64,000 nucleotides of DNA from Mustelus asterias (Eukaryota): NCBI RefSeq assembly GCF_964213995.1, contig NC_135804.1:67766001-67830000 (forward strand), written 5' to 3'. A program made the translations under genes and the position numbers. The first letter of the stretch is position 1, and every line of letters begins with the position of its first letter. Shown in pieces: positions 63,231 through 64,000 of this stretch. The notes under the pieces were generated by a model. The model was not told where the DNA came from and did not search any database. It saw nothing but the letters and a program-made list of their open reading frames with translations.

Positions 63231-64000
63231 TGTCATAGTGGACATGCCACATTTCGTTCACCTTCTGAGAATGGAGGGAGGATGTTGGGCTTTCTTATCT
63301 ATAGCATCGGTGTGGAAGCACCAGGACAGGTTGCTGGTGATCTGGACATATAGAAACTTGAAGCTCTCGATCATTTCCACTTCATCCGTGTTGATGGAGG
63401 CAGAGACATGTCTTCCTGAGGTAAATGATTATTTCCTTCACTTTGAGGAAGATTTTATTGTCATCCCACGAATCTGTCAAATTCTCTATCTCTTTCCTGT
63501 ATTCTGTCTCAGCATCGCTTGAGATCTAATCCATATGTGTGATCGCATTCTTTGTGCTGATGATACAGTTCCTTTCTGATATTTTGATGAAATAAAGGTT
63601 TGAATATGAGATATTTATGAAATTCATAAACCTGTTCCTCTGTGCTCACTCATTTTATGCAATTGCTTAATAAACAAAATTGTTTCGTGGGAGTTAGTCC
63701 GAGGTCACCAAATAAAATGTACCATTTACTGTGAGTACTGTTTTCGCCAGTGGAGATAGTAACGTAGGGACAAATGTTTCCAGCAGACGATTGGTCACGT
63801 TGAGACAACCAAACACACAAAAATTAATGCAGATGAAATCGAGAAGCTTATTGCCAATAATGAGCAATTGAACAAAAATGTGCTCAGTGTCGAGAAGCAA
63901 CTTCCATGCACAAAAGATCAATTTGCCAGTGAAAAGCTGGAATTGATATGAACAATTTCAAATGTGTCGCATCAATGATAATCTGGATGAAATAAATGCA
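63127..64000 (+). repeat. Segmental duplication copy 2 (matches 2042-2915; runs off the right edge)
   Basis: About 99% colinear identity by eye up to the last base of the window. Confidence 0.95.

Overview
Repeat-rich vertebrate genomic DNA, most likely a shark. The evidence is HE1/V-SINE-type SINEs, CR1/HER1-type and Rex1-type LINEs, PIF/Harbinger relics, a Penelope-type end carrying a hammerhead ribozyme motif, and a Gmr1-like Gypsy relic. Almost all ORFs in the supplied track are spurious or transposon-derived. One host gene can be rebuilt by hand on the minus strand (about 18.0-28.8 kb). It is a non-rearranging Ig-superfamily receptor: leader, V-set, C1-set, uncharged TM, and a cytoplasmic tail with four tyrosine motifs (LMYAAL, TVYAE[T/V], LTYVAL, LTYAAV). 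This is a SIRP-like inhibitory architecture. All junctions from the V exon onward are GT-AG and in frame, but the candidate leader exon is out of phase next to a T9 run. The two ITIM exons are duplicates of each other. The last 874 bp of the window are a ~99% identical copy of 2042-2915 (offset 61,085 bp), so the gene probably sits in a recently duplicated ~61-kb tandem unit, i.e. a receptor cluster. Other structures: a 20-bp satellite abutting the 5' end of a CR1 with an open ORF1, a near-perfect 257-bp hairpin, a 2.25-kb palindromic element, and a duplicated octamer+CCAAT module. All alignments were done by eye and repeat boundaries are approximate.
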